Part shown: in pieces, positions 9,557 to 19,512 of the stretch
Position numbering within the stretch: position 1 is the stretch's first letter
Layout of the letters: each line of letters opens with the position of its first letter
IMG/VR virus record: IMGVR_UViG_3300044513_000078
Location: 1-32,483 of that record
DNA length: 32,483 bases
Reading direction: 5' to 3' (one strand)
From: a virus
Lineage: Duplodnaviria; Caudoviricetes
Position numbers and translations under genes: made by a program
Notes under the pieces: model-generated
What the model was told of the DNA's origin: nothing
Database searches by the model: none
Seen by the model: only the letters and a program-made list of their open reading frames with translations

Positions 9557-10248
9557 TACTCCACCCTGTATTCCCACCACTCAATAGTAAAATCTTGTGC
9601 TTCTAATTGAAAGTGATAAGAATAATCTACTTCCACATACGACCTTTCACCATCAAGGTATAAACTTGTATTTCCAAATTTTGCTTGGTCTGAGCTTAAT
9701 TCAGCACCACCATAAAACTTAACTGTATGGTCTCTCTTAGTTGCATCTGTAGTTTCTTTGTCACCATCATTACCATCAAAATTTAATAATAAATCTGTAC
9801 TTTCTTTGCTTGGGTTTGTTATTGTTCCAGCTCTTATTGCTCTTTTACCACCATCGTTACCATCTCTTAGTAATCCATAAGGTGTGCCATCTTCAAAATT
9901 ATCTAGTACATAATTTAAACTTTTATTGACATACTTTCTCATATTAGAGATACCACCTTGGTCAGAAACAGGCAATCCTCTTGATTCTGTATCTCCTAAA
10001 TAAGTACCTAGACCTGCACCCTCTATTTCTATTGCATCATCACCTAATGCTAATCCTGTAATGACACCAACATAATCAGCACTATTAAGCATTGCTGTAT
10101 CGTTTAATTCATTTTCTTCAACTCTTTGTGGAACTATAACAATATTATCCCAAGCATCAATAGTATTTATTATTGAGTTTGGGGTTTTGTTATAATCTAG
10201 CTTTAAATTAAAACTTCCTTGAGCCATTAATTTTTCTGTAACTGACAT
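9556..10248 (-). CDS. Tail tip hub N-terminal part plus the first half of a LamG domain (230 aa)
   Basis: Follows the distal tail gene; ends in LLLNFDG...AELSSDQAKFGNTSLYLDG...QDFTIEWWEY, the usual opening of phage LamG/ConA-like domains. Confidence 0.8.
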   Translation of the reverse strand: MSVTEKLMAQGSFNLKLDYNKTPNSIINTIDAWDNIVIVPQRVEENELNDTAMLNSADYVGVITGLALGDDAIEIEGAGLGTYLGDTESRGLPVSDQGGISNMRKYVNKSLNYVLDNFEDGTPYGLLRDGNDGGKRAIRAGTITNPSKESTDLLLNFDGNDGDKETTDATKRDHTVKFYGGAELSSDQAKFGNTSLYLDGERSYVEVDYSYHFQLEAQDFTIEWWEYRVE

Positions 10249-11594
10249 TATGCTTTTATCAACTTCTGGTATTCGTATACATTATCAAAATATTGGTCTC
10301 TAATATCCACTGCGTCATCTGCATCATTGATAGAACTATCTTCTTGTGCTAGTTCATATCCTAAAAATGCTTTCATAACAGCACCACTTTTGTACATCAT
10401 TTCTCTTTCAACATCATATTCTAATGAACTTGAATTACTCTCAGGACTTCCTAAAATCCATTTATTACCATCTTCTGGTGAGCTTGAGCCATCAATTATA
10501 TAGCCTGTTCCAGTAGAAGCGTTTGTTCCTGATGCTGTCTCTAATGATAAATTAAATCTACTTGCAGTAAATTGGTTTGCAACTATAGAAACATGATGTG
10601 CACCTCTTCTTAATGTAAAGTCCAGAACTAATCTCCCATCTTTTGAATCAGCATTTAAATAGCTAGTAAGCCTTACAGTAGCACACTCAGGTTGATTTTT
10701 TAAGATTTGCATTGTTCTCCAACCTTGCCACTCATTGGCTAATTGGTCACTACCAGTTGGCTGACCTCTTGAAAAAGCCCAAGTTTTTCCTGATTGATAA
10801 TCACTTACATCAAATATATAAGTATCAAATAATGCTTGAGTTGTTGAATTACTAAATTCAATTCTAATTAGACCATTTTCTAAAACTAATTCAGTAGGTT
10901 TGTTTTTAGAGAATAAACCATTTCTTACTTCTAATTTTGTTTCATCAAATGTCTTTACCCCATTAGTTTTAGTAAAACCAGTGTCATATGTACCAGTTGA
11001 TATTCTTACAGCACCTTTATAATAATCTTCAGGTTCAACATGATAAGTTGCATTACTATCTCTTAAATTACTATCTGTTTTAAGTCTAAGAGTATTGGTT
11101 GCACCAGTAACAGTAGAAGTTAAATCTTTACATAATCTTGTATTATCTTCAGGTTGACCTGCGTGATAATAATTATAATGATTAACTGGTGGTGAGTGAT
11201 ATTGCATAGTTGTTGTTGTTACATTATGGTCATTATCTAGCATTGCACCAGTAAATCTTGATTCAAATTGTATCTCTCCACTTCTCCCTAAATATTCAAA
11301 TTGAATGTTATAAGAAAATCCACCTAAAGTATATCTAGTAGTATTTACACTGCTTGTTCTAACTTTTACATATCCATCATAAGTGTCATCACCATCATAT
11401 CTTAAAGGAACGACCAAACCATATGATGCCATTGAAACTAATTCATCTCTTATGTATTTAATATGGTCTAGTGTGACTGCACTACCACCAACACTACCAT
11501 TTACAATTAAATCTCTACCACCATCTGTAGCTTGAAAGTTTACAGTTTGTGGTGATGTAATACTTAATCTTCCAATATGTAATTGATTAGCCAT
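10248..11594 (-). CDS. Minor tail protein, distal tail (Dit) position, 448 aa
   Basis: Immediately downstream of the tape measure with TAATG coupling; beta-rich; LENGLIRI and GRLVLDFTLRRG motifs recall actinobacterial prophage minor tail proteins. Confidence 0.7.
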   Translation of the reverse strand: MANQLHIGRLSITSPQTVNFQATDGGRDLIVNGSVGGSAVTLDHIKYIRDELVSMASYGLVVPLRYDGDDTYDGYVKVRTSSVNTTRYTLGGFSYNIQFEYLGRSGEIQFESRFTGAMLDNDHNVTTTTMQYHSPPVNHYNYYHAGQPEDNTRLCKDLTSTVTGATNTLRLKTDSNLRDSNATYHVEPEDYYKGAVRISTGTYDTGFTKTNGVKTFDETKLEVRNGLFSKNKPTELVLENGLIRIEFSNSTTQALFDTYIFDVSDYQSGKTWAFSRGQPTGSDQLANEWQGWRTMQILKNQPECATVRLTSYLNADSKDGRLVLDFTLRRGAHHVSIVANQFTASRFNLSLETASGTNASTGTGYIIDGSSSPEDGNKWILGSPESNSSSLEYDVEREMMYKSGAVMKAFLGYELAQEDSSINDADDAVDIRDQYFDNVYEYQKLIKA

Positions 11595-14500
11595 TAATTT
11601 CTCCTAAGACCTGTTCCTGATGAACCCTCTTTGCCAAGTTGTACTAAAGCTCTTTGTATCTGTTGTGCTGCTTTTCTTGCTTGTATTGGGTCTGATGGTA
11701 CACCAGTTACTTGTACATTTAAGTTGTCAATATTTATACTAGCACCTCTTCCACCTTCAGGTTGTACCCTTAAACCACCACCTGGAACTGATGTTACCAT
11801 TTCTGGTCCATACTCACCAACTAATGCTCTTTGGAAAGGCTTCATATAACCACCATATTTAAACCCTCTAAGTACATTGTAATTTGTTAGACCTAAGTCA
11901 TCTAATTTACTTTGAAGTTTTTTAGCAAGGCTGTCAAAATATCCATATGTAGCTTTAGTTTCTTTAGGTGACAATTGTTGACCTTGCTCTATTGCTTGTT
12001 GTTGTTGCATATACTTTGCATACATTGATGGGTCAAGACCTAAGTACTGTAACATGTCTGTTAGATTTCTAAGATTCCTCTGGTTTTGACCAGTTTTTGG
12101 ATTTACCATAGGTATAAAGTTCAATAGATTTTGTAACTCATTAGCAAACAATTCTATAGATGGTCCTAATTGTGTATTTACAATGCTAGGTATATATCCT
12201 GCTGTTCTAGTTCCAGACTCTACATTTCTTGAATAATCACCTGCTTCTGCTTCAGCTAATTTTTTAGAAGTGTCATAAATCTGAACACCTGCATCTAATA
12301 ATGATGGTGCAAGGTGAGATAGTTCTTTTGCTTGCAAGGCTTCGTATGAAGTAGCTAATTGACCACTATCAAACATACTTATTGGTATACCTAAAAATCC
12401 TTCAACTGCTCTAATAAATTCAAATTGTGCACCCTCATCATTTGCATAATCTCCAGACATAACTCTTTTGGCTGCAACAGATGCTAAGTTCATTTCTTCA
12501 TCATCTTTAAATTGACCAGCACTACCTCTACCTGTAATACCTAAATTACCTTGACCCATATTTTTCATAATTTCTGTATATGTTGAAGAATTAGCACCAA
12601 ATCTATCTTGTAAGAATGTCTTAAAACTTGGGTATTCCTTTTGAGCTAGTTGTGTTCCTAAAGAATCTGTACCAGGCGTATCAATCATTCTGTGTTGCTC
12701 TGCTAAAGCTAATGCATCTAAATAACCTCTTACAGACTCTGCAGCATTTTCCATTTGGACTTTAGTAGTTGTAGCAAAAGTTTTTGTCTTATTGATTATT
12801 CCTTGTAGTGTTGTACCCATACTTCCATAACCTGCAACTAGCTTAGCAAATATTTCTTCACCTGCACCATCAGCAAAGTCTTTAAATCTTTCTCTAGCTT
12901 GTTCATATTTTAATTCAGTGGTATATACATTTTCGACAGCAGCATCATAATTGTCATACGCTGTTTCTAACTCATAGTATTGATTTGCTGCTTCATCTAA
13001 ATATTGAGAGTGTCTTTCTCTGATTGATAGTAATTCCTCTTCAGTTTTTATTGCGTCATCTTCGGTTCTTTGAAGTTGTTTTTCTGCTTCTGATAATTCG
13101 AGAATAGCAATTTTTTGTTCATCTTGAGATAAATTAGTACCTTTCATTTCATCTAGTGCTTCTTGTGCTGCTTCAACTTCAAGTGCAGTAACTATTCCTG
13201 CTTCAGCTGCTAATGTAAGTTTTTCTAACTCTTCTTCAGCATTAGCTATTGCAAGTCTTTCTTGAGCACTAAATTCACCTTTAGCTCTTTTTAATTTATC
13301 TTCCAGAGCAACTTTTTGTTTTAGTATGTCTAATTGTTCAGAACCAGTAATATTTCCTTTTCTACCCTCTTGCTCTAATCTAGCAAGGTCAATCATATGC
13401 TCTAGGTATCTATCATTAAAACTAGCTTGTTGTCTTCTAGTAGACATAAGTGCTTGCTCTGCTTTTTGAACAGAATAGTGAGCTTGTAATAAGTCTCTTT
13501 CAGCTTGTGTAAATGAAAACAGTACATCTAAGGCTTCTTCTACTTCTGACAGAGCTTGTTCATATGTTGCATATAGATACTTAACTTGGTCATCAACTAA
13601 TTTTACTGCTTGATTTACAGCTCCACCAACACTTTGTGCAATTATGCTTGCTGCTTTATTTTTATCAGCAAAAGGAGAAATAATACCCTCAAGTAATGGA
13701 ATACCAATAAGGTCTCTAGTTTTTCTTGATGGAGAACCTGTATCAGCACCATCTGGACCTGCAGCATCAAATATTGCTTGGTTAATCAAATTTACCATTG
13801 CACTAGGCAATGAAATGGCACCTCTGTTATGCAATCCTATTAGTAAACCATCAGCAAGTGAACTACCTATTTCTATAGCTTGGTTTTGAAATTTATCTAC
13901 CATATCTTGTTCTATACCGATTTCTGCTGCAAATTCAGGTATAGTTTGCATTAATGCACCCTCGGCCACAAAAGATGCAGTTCTATCATTTAAGAAATCT
14001 TGTGTAAGTTGCATTGCTGCTACGCCTTGCTTTGATAGTTGTTCAGCTAGTAATGGTGCGTTTTGAGCTAACCTCTTTATCATATTTTCAAAGTTTTTTT
14101 GCATTGCTTGTTTAACAATAAGTTCTTCCACAATCTTCTTCATACTCTTCTTGATTTGAGTAGGAACTGCTGAAAATACATCCATTACTGTTTGTGCAGA
14201 GTTAACTAAATTATTCTTCATTGTTTCGCTAAACTTACTTGCTGCGAAATCTGCTAGATTTAATTCATCTCTAAGCTGTTTAGCTTTCTCGACCTCTGCT
14301 TCTCTAGCCACTTCTCTAGCAAAAGCTAATTGTTGTTCTGCTTTAGCTCTGTTTACTTTAGGGTCTAGTATTTTGTCTATAATTCCTTGGTTTTGAAATT
14401 GTCTTAACTCAGACATTAGAGCTTGGTCTTGCATTTCTTTAATTACACTTTGACCACTATCCATCTTTGTAAGGCTTTGGTCAACAACATTTTTACCTAA

Positions 14501-17500
14501 AACAAGTAACGATGTTATTTCTTTTTTAAATTGTTCTGGGTCAGATGATGCAAAACCAAGTGCAGTCATCATCATTTGTTGTGCTGCTGCTTGTCTATCT
14601 CTTGTGTTAAATCTTTTTTCTAATACTTCTGGGTCTAACCCATCAACAAATTTTTGGAAAAATTCTTGGTCAATAGTGGCTAATGTTTCTTGTCTAAAGC
14701 CATTTAATTTAGACCTGCTTAATGTTATAAATCCTGATGGGTCAACTTCAATATTAAAATTATCAAATCTTGAATCCATATTATTTTTAAATCTCTCATT
14801 GAAATCAGCACCTGTAATAGTTTCTGTAAATCTGTCGGCAAGTTTCATTTGAGAATTTGGGTCTGAGCCTAAAATAACACCCTCACCAAATATTTCGCCT
14901 AAGTCACCTTGTTCTTGGAAAAATTGTATTAATTCTTTTTGTCTTATTTTAAAGTAGTTTTCATATGGTATTTTAGGGTCATATACTAAAGTACTGTCAT
15001 CTTCAAATGTCTCAAGCAAAGCACCAAATATATCTTGAGATGCTTGGCTAAAGCTAGATATATCAGTAAAACCTTCTAATAAATCTCTAGGACTAGCATC
15101 AACTGTTGACTCAGATATTTCTTTACCAATTGCATTAGTAATACTATCTATTAAAAGTTCAGCATCTGCACCAATAAATTCAGCTATTGCTGGCAGTCTT
15201 TTTTCTAAGTCTCCTATCTTGTCATCAACAGTTGTATCAAATAGTAATGTAGAACCAATTTCTGCCATTTGCTCTTCAAATACATTGTTAGCTTCTCTTA
15301 AAGAGTTTTTAGTATCTTCTAGTCTTGTTTCTATTGCTTTGACAACATTGTCAAACTCAGGACCTTTTTGCTCATATTCTTCGAGTAATTTTTCTAATTC
15401 TGATTGTTGTGCTTTTAACCCTTCTCTAGTTTGAGCATCTTCAAATAAACCATCAAGGGCATCTCTAACAGCTTCTATTGCAGTTTCACTCTTAGATAAA
15501 TTTTCAAATACTTTAAACCCAGTACTCATAACTGCCATAAAAGCAGCCATTGCACCCATATTTGCTATTAAACCTTTAACAGCCATACCAACACCATTAA
15601 TTACTTTGGTAAGCCTTAAAAATGAGTTCCTAACTCTTCCAGTTATTTTGTCATTTTTAGACATTTGAATTTCAAGGTTTCTTAATTCTTTTTGCCTCAA
15701 CAAACCAAAAGATTGTATTATTTTAGCAATTTGTTTTTGGAAAGGTATAAATGCTTTATTTTGAGTTCTTACTCTATTTCCAAGACCAACTAATCCAGTA
15801 TCTACTTCTCTTATTTCAGTTTTTAATTGAGCATAAGATTCTCTAGTAGCTTTAGATACTTTTGGCATTCTAAATCTTTGCTTCTTTTTCGTTAATACAT
15901 CAGTGTCAAGTACATCACCAGGTCTTAATTGCTCGCCAGTTGGACTTAATCCACCTATTGCAAATTCCTCATTCAACTGTTTAATGAATGACTCAGCTTG
16001 AGCTTCGCTAATGTCTCCTTTTTTGATACCTTTTTCTAGTGTATCATTTATATTTTCAAGTAATTCCTGTTTGTTTTTTAACTGGTCAACGTCTGTTTTA
16101 CCTAGGTCAAGTAAATCATTTTCTTTTTCAAATAACTCGTTTACTAAATTAACTTCATTTTCTAAACCACGAGCAGTTTCAAGAGCTTTACTTTCTTCCA
16201 GACTAAGTTGGTCACGAATACTTTGATTAATTTTATCTTTTAATTTTTCTTGCTCGACATCAATATCTATAGTTTGCGATTTGACATCTTTAATCATTTT
16301 TTCTCTATGTTCAATACCTTCAGTAGCACCATCAATGTCTTTAGAAAGTTTTTTTCTTTCAGCTTCTAATTCAAGAATGTTTTTGTTATTTACATTAGCC
16401 GCATCTGCTGCTTTGTTAAATTTACCTTCTTGTGCTGTAATTAAATTATTTTGGTCTACTAATTCTTCGGTAACATCTTTAAGTCTTGATTGTAAGTCAA
16501 GTTTTTCTGCTTGTTTTTTAACTAATAATTTTTCAGCTTCTATTTTATTATGCTTGCCAGCAGTGTTTAAATTTTTCTTAAGTTGGACTTCTTCTTTTGC
16601 AAGAGAACGAAGTCTACTCTTAACTATACTTTGATTATCTTCAAGAAGCCTTTTCCTTTTTTGCATTTCATCAAGAGTTGTAAATTCTTCAACAAGTTTT
16701 CTTCCACTTTCTGACTTTGGGTCAACTTTTTTTTCTAAATCTGCTTGTGAGAGTATTAAATTTTCTTCTCTAAGTTTTTTAATTTCTTCATCAATTACCC
16801 CAATTCTTTCCTGCCTAGATTTTTTTTCAGCATCTATAGCACTTATTTCATTTTCTATATTTTCAACAGTAGTATTAATTACCTTATTCATGGTTTCAGC
16901 TCTCTCAATCATTACATCTTGAGAAGTGCTAGTAAAATCATTTACTTTCTTTTTTAATTCTACAAAACCATTACCATAATCTTCTAAAACTCTGATATTA
17001 GCTTCCATATCAGAAATATTTTGGTTAAGTTCAACTCTTTGGTCTTTAAGATTAATAAGCTCTTCTTCTTGTTTAGGTGTAATTCTTGCATCTGATTTTT
17101 CTTTTTCTAGTCCAGCAATCTTTGCTTGTACTTCATTTAATGAAGCTTCATAAGATTTTAAACTACCTTGTGCTTCATTTAGTAACTTAATATTATTTGA
17201 AAGCATAGCATCAACATTGCTTAAGAACCTACTAAACACTTGTCTTTTACCACTTGTTAAATCGCCATAAGCAACTTCCTTTTTCATTATTGTTTGCATT
17301 GCTTCTAGTTCTTGTTTTGACCTTCTAGCCATATCTGGGTCTGCACCTCTTTCTCTATAAATATCCATCATAGTTTTTTCTTCTTTAAGAAGTGCAATTC
17401 TGTCTTCAAGAACTTTAAGACCATCATTTTCTGCTTTTATTCTTTCTTTTAAGTCAATTGTTTGTTCTGCAAAACCTATTTGGTCTCCAGCTTCAACAAA

Positions 17501-19492
17501 TTGTTTTTCTCTACTTTGTAAATCATCTAACTGAGTATTTAACATTGATATTCTGTCTGATGCGACTGTTGCTTCATCAGATAAAATTTCTAAATGTCTT
17601 TCAGCAGCGGCTCGTGTACCTCTTTGACCTTCTTGTAAAGATGCAATATCATCTTCAATTTCTAATTTTTTTAATAATGTATCGTTTAATCTATCTTCAA
17701 CATTTACTTGTGACCTTATTTCATCAGTAAGTTGTTCTCTTACTTGTAGTAATCTCTGCTCTTTCTCAGTTAAATTTTCAATATTATCTGCATCTATTGT
17801 TGTTCCAAATACATCAAGACCCTCTAGTGCAGCTTGGTCTAATATTGCTTCAATTTGTGATGTGTCAAAACCTTGGCTTTGTAAAGAAGCAGCAAATAAA
17901 TCATTTGACATATTCATAGGAATTTGTGTTTGATTTAAGAAATCAGTACCTTGTTTAGCAGCATCTAAAGTGCTTTGTACATACTTATCAAATGCCTCTA
18001 ATTGATATGGGTCTGTTTTTTCAAGTTCAACTCTGTATCTAGCATATTCATCTGCAATTGTTTTTGAATATTCAGCTCTAGCTTTTTCTATTTGTGCTAA
18101 AGCTCTAGGACCAGCCATTGATTCTACACTTAAAATGTCTCCAAATATAGCACTACCACCAGTTGGTGATGTTCCTGCTATCTTGGAAAAATCTTCAATA
18201 ATATTTTTAATAGCTGCCCTACCAGTAGCAAGTCCAGCTAAAGCAAGACCAATTCTCTTTATTCCATTTGTTATATCATCACTTTCAACAGCTTTAGACA
18301 TTGTTGTAAATCCATCAATAACTCTGTTTAATACAGGCAATGTATTTTCACCAAGTTCAAGACCTATATCTTGTATATTGTTTCTTAGTATTCCTAATTG
18401 AGATGTAGTAGTTTCAAATCTTTTTTCAGCTTCTGTAAGTAAAGCAGTATTGAGAGCAAACTCTTCGTTAGCAGTTGATAAAGCTCTTTCTACTTCATCA
18501 GATGCAAAAGCTAATGCTCTAAGAGCTCTAACTGTTCTTTGTTGCTGTAGTCCTAATTCTTTTAGTATTGATACAGTATCAGCACCTTGGCTACCTAAAC
18601 TTCTAAGACCATCTAAAAATCTTAAAAATGCACGAGCTGGGTCAACTTGTGCCAATTCTCTAAAGGCAGTAGTTGTCATTCCTGCTAATTTAGCAAACAA
18701 GGATAACTCTCTACCACCTGCGGCTACAGCAGAACCTAATTTATCTAAAGTTCTCTGAACAGCAGTTGCACCAGATTGAGACTGAACACCAACTGCTTTT
18801 AATGCAGTAGATAAAGCTAGAGAATCTACAGCAGCATTACTAAATTCACTTTCTAATGATTCCATTGCTGTTGCAATTCCAAGTGATGTGTTTATAATTT
18901 CACTTTCAGTAGCAGCAAATTCGTTACCTAATCTAACAAGGACAGATGCTAAATTGTCTATATCATCTTCTGCTGTATTTGTAATATTTGCTAGTCTTGA
19001 AATTGCAAAAGCAGCATCTTCTGCACCCATAGTTGTTGCTACAGTTAGCTTTGATATAGTATCAATAAAAGAACCAATATTGCTAGCTTGTATACCTAAT
19101 TGTCCACCAATTTCACCAATTTTATTTAATTCATTAGTTGCAATAGGTGTAGTTTTTGCAATGTTTCTGATTTCGTTTGAAAGGTTTTTAAATCTTTTTT
19201 CAGCAGATACTGTTGCAGTTTCTGTGAAGTTAAGTGTTTTCTTTATACCAGCAAAGGTGTCTTCAAATTGAACTGCTGAAGAAATAGCAAATCTATAAGC
19301 AGAAAAAGCAGCTGCACCAGTAGCAGCAAATGCAGGTATAATTGCACCCATTTGTTTACCAACAGATGCAGACCTTCTTTGAAGCTGTACTAATTGACTT
19401 TCAATTTGTTTAGTTGCTTTACCAAGAGATTGACCCTTAGCTACGAAATCTAAACCAATTACAACTTTAGCTGCGTCTTTATCAACTGCCAT
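11594..19492 (-). CDS. Tail tape measure protein (TP901-family core), 2632 aa
   Basis: AVQFEDTFAGIKKT, GEIGGQLGI and RLGNEFAATESEI core; long coiled coils; C-terminal FKYGG...LVGEYGPE motif; GGAG RBS; follows the chaperone genes. Confidence 0.97.
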   Translation of the reverse strand: MAVDKDAAKVVIGLDFVAKGQSLGKATKQIESQLVQLQRRSASVGKQMGAIIPAFAATGAAAFSAYRFAISSAVQFEDTFAGIKKTLNFTETATVSAEKRFKNLSNEIRNIAKTTPIATNELNKIGEIGGQLGIQASNIGSFIDTISKLTVATTMGAEDAAFAISRLANITNTAEDDIDNLASVLVRLGNEFAATESEIINTSLGIATAMESLESEFSNAAVDSLALSTALKAVGVQSQSGATAVQRTLDKLGSAVAAGGRELSLFAKLAGMTTTAFRELAQVDPARAFLRFLDGLRSLGSQGADTVSILKELGLQQQRTVRALRALAFASDEVERALSTANEEFALNTALLTEAEKRFETTTSQLGILRNNIQDIGLELGENTLPVLNRVIDGFTTMSKAVESDDITNGIKRIGLALAGLATGRAAIKNIIEDFSKIAGTSPTGGSAIFGDILSVESMAGPRALAQIEKARAEYSKTIADEYARYRVELEKTDPYQLEAFDKYVQSTLDAAKQGTDFLNQTQIPMNMSNDLFAASLQSQGFDTSQIEAILDQAALEGLDVFGTTIDADNIENLTEKEQRLLQVREQLTDEIRSQVNVEDRLNDTLLKKLEIEDDIASLQEGQRGTRAAAERHLEILSDEATVASDRISMLNTQLDDLQSREKQFVEAGDQIGFAEQTIDLKERIKAENDGLKVLEDRIALLKEEKTMMDIYRERGADPDMARRSKQELEAMQTIMKKEVAYGDLTSGKRQVFSRFLSNVDAMLSNNIKLLNEAQGSLKSYEASLNEVQAKIAGLEKEKSDARITPKQEEELINLKDQRVELNQNISDMEANIRVLEDYGNGFVELKKKVNDFTSTSQDVMIERAETMNKVINTTVENIENEISAIDAEKKSRQERIGVIDEEIKKLREENLILSQADLEKKVDPKSESGRKLVEEFTTLDEMQKRKRLLEDNQSIVKSRLRSLAKEEVQLKKNLNTAGKHNKIEAEKLLVKKQAEKLDLQSRLKDVTEELVDQNNLITAQEGKFNKAADAANVNNKNILELEAERKKLSKDIDGATEGIEHREKMIKDVKSQTIDIDVEQEKLKDKINQSIRDQLSLEESKALETARGLENEVNLVNELFEKENDLLDLGKTDVDQLKNKQELLENINDTLEKGIKKGDISEAQAESFIKQLNEEFAIGGLSPTGEQLRPGDVLDTDVLTKKKQRFRMPKVSKATRESYAQLKTEIREVDTGLVGLGNRVRTQNKAFIPFQKQIAKIIQSFGLLRQKELRNLEIQMSKNDKITGRVRNSFLRLTKVINGVGMAVKGLIANMGAMAAFMAVMSTGFKVFENLSKSETAIEAVRDALDGLFEDAQTREGLKAQQSELEKLLEEYEQKGPEFDNVVKAIETRLEDTKNSLREANNVFEEQMAEIGSTLLFDTTVDDKIGDLEKRLPAIAEFIGADAELLIDSITNAIGKEISESTVDASPRDLLEGFTDISSFSQASQDIFGALLETFEDDSTLVYDPKIPYENYFKIRQKELIQFFQEQGDLGEIFGEGVILGSDPNSQMKLADRFTETITGADFNERFKNNMDSRFDNFNIEVDPSGFITLSRSKLNGFRQETLATIDQEFFQKFVDGLDPEVLEKRFNTRDRQAAAQQMMMTALGFASSDPEQFKKEITSLLVLGKNVVDQSLTKMDSGQSVIKEMQDQALMSELRQFQNQGIIDKILDPKVNRAKAEQQLAFAREVAREAEVEKAKQLRDELNLADFAASKFSETMKNNLVNSAQTVMDVFSAVPTQIKKSMKKIVEELIVKQAMQKNFENMIKRLAQNAPLLAEQLSKQGVAAMQLTQDFLNDRTASFVAEGALMQTIPEFAAEIGIEQDMVDKFQNQAIEIGSSLADGLLIGLHNRGAISLPSAMVNLINQAIFDAAGPDGADTGSPSRKTRDLIGIPLLEGIISPFADKNKAASIIAQSVGGAVNQAVKLVDDQVKYLYATYEQALSEVEEALDVLFSFTQAERDLLQAHYSVQKAEQALMSTRRQQASFNDRYLEHMIDLARLEQEGRKGNITGSEQLDILKQKVALEDKLKRAKGEFSAQERLAIANAEEELEKLTLAAEAGIVTALEVEAAQEALDEMKGTNLSQDEQKIAILELSEAEKQLQRTEDDAIKTEEELLSIRERHSQYLDEAANQYYELETAYDNYDAAVENVYTTELKYEQARERFKDFADGAGEEIFAKLVAGYGSMGTTLQGIINKTKTFATTTKVQMENAAESVRGYLDALALAEQHRMIDTPGTDSLGTQLAQKEYPSFKTFLQDRFGANSSTYTEIMKNMGQGNLGITGRGSAGQFKDDEEMNLASVAAKRVMSGDYANDEGAQFEFIRAVEGFLGIPISMFDSGQLATSYEALQAKELSHLAPSLLDAGVQIYDTSKKLAEAEAGDYSRNVESGTRTAGYIPSIVNTQLGPSIELFANELQNLLNFIPMVNPKTGQNQRNLRNLTDMLQYLGLDPSMYAKYMQQQQAIEQGQQLSPKETKATYGYFDSLAKKLQSKLDDLGLTNYNVLRGFKYGGYMKPFQRALVGEYGPEMVTSVPGGGLRVQPEGGRGASINIDNLNVQVTGVPSDPIQARKAAQQIQRALVQLGKEGSSGTGLRRN

Positions 19493-19512
19493 TTATATAG
19501 TTCTCCATATTA

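Noticed and set aside
8204-9564. Intron or intein explanation for the insert in the LamG domain
   Set aside because: No intein terminal residues (C/S...HN) or LAGLIDADG/HNH motifs, and no group I/II intron elements recognised; the insert reads as lysozyme-like coding sequence. Not formally excluded without a covariance-model search.
9556-9583. -1 frameshift fusing the 230-aa gene to the 1354-aa gene
   Set aside because: The downstream frame is -1 and open only from 9580; there is no X XXY YYZ heptamer in the overlap (GAG TGG TGG GAA TAC AGG GTG GAG). TAATG reinitiation is the simpler reading.
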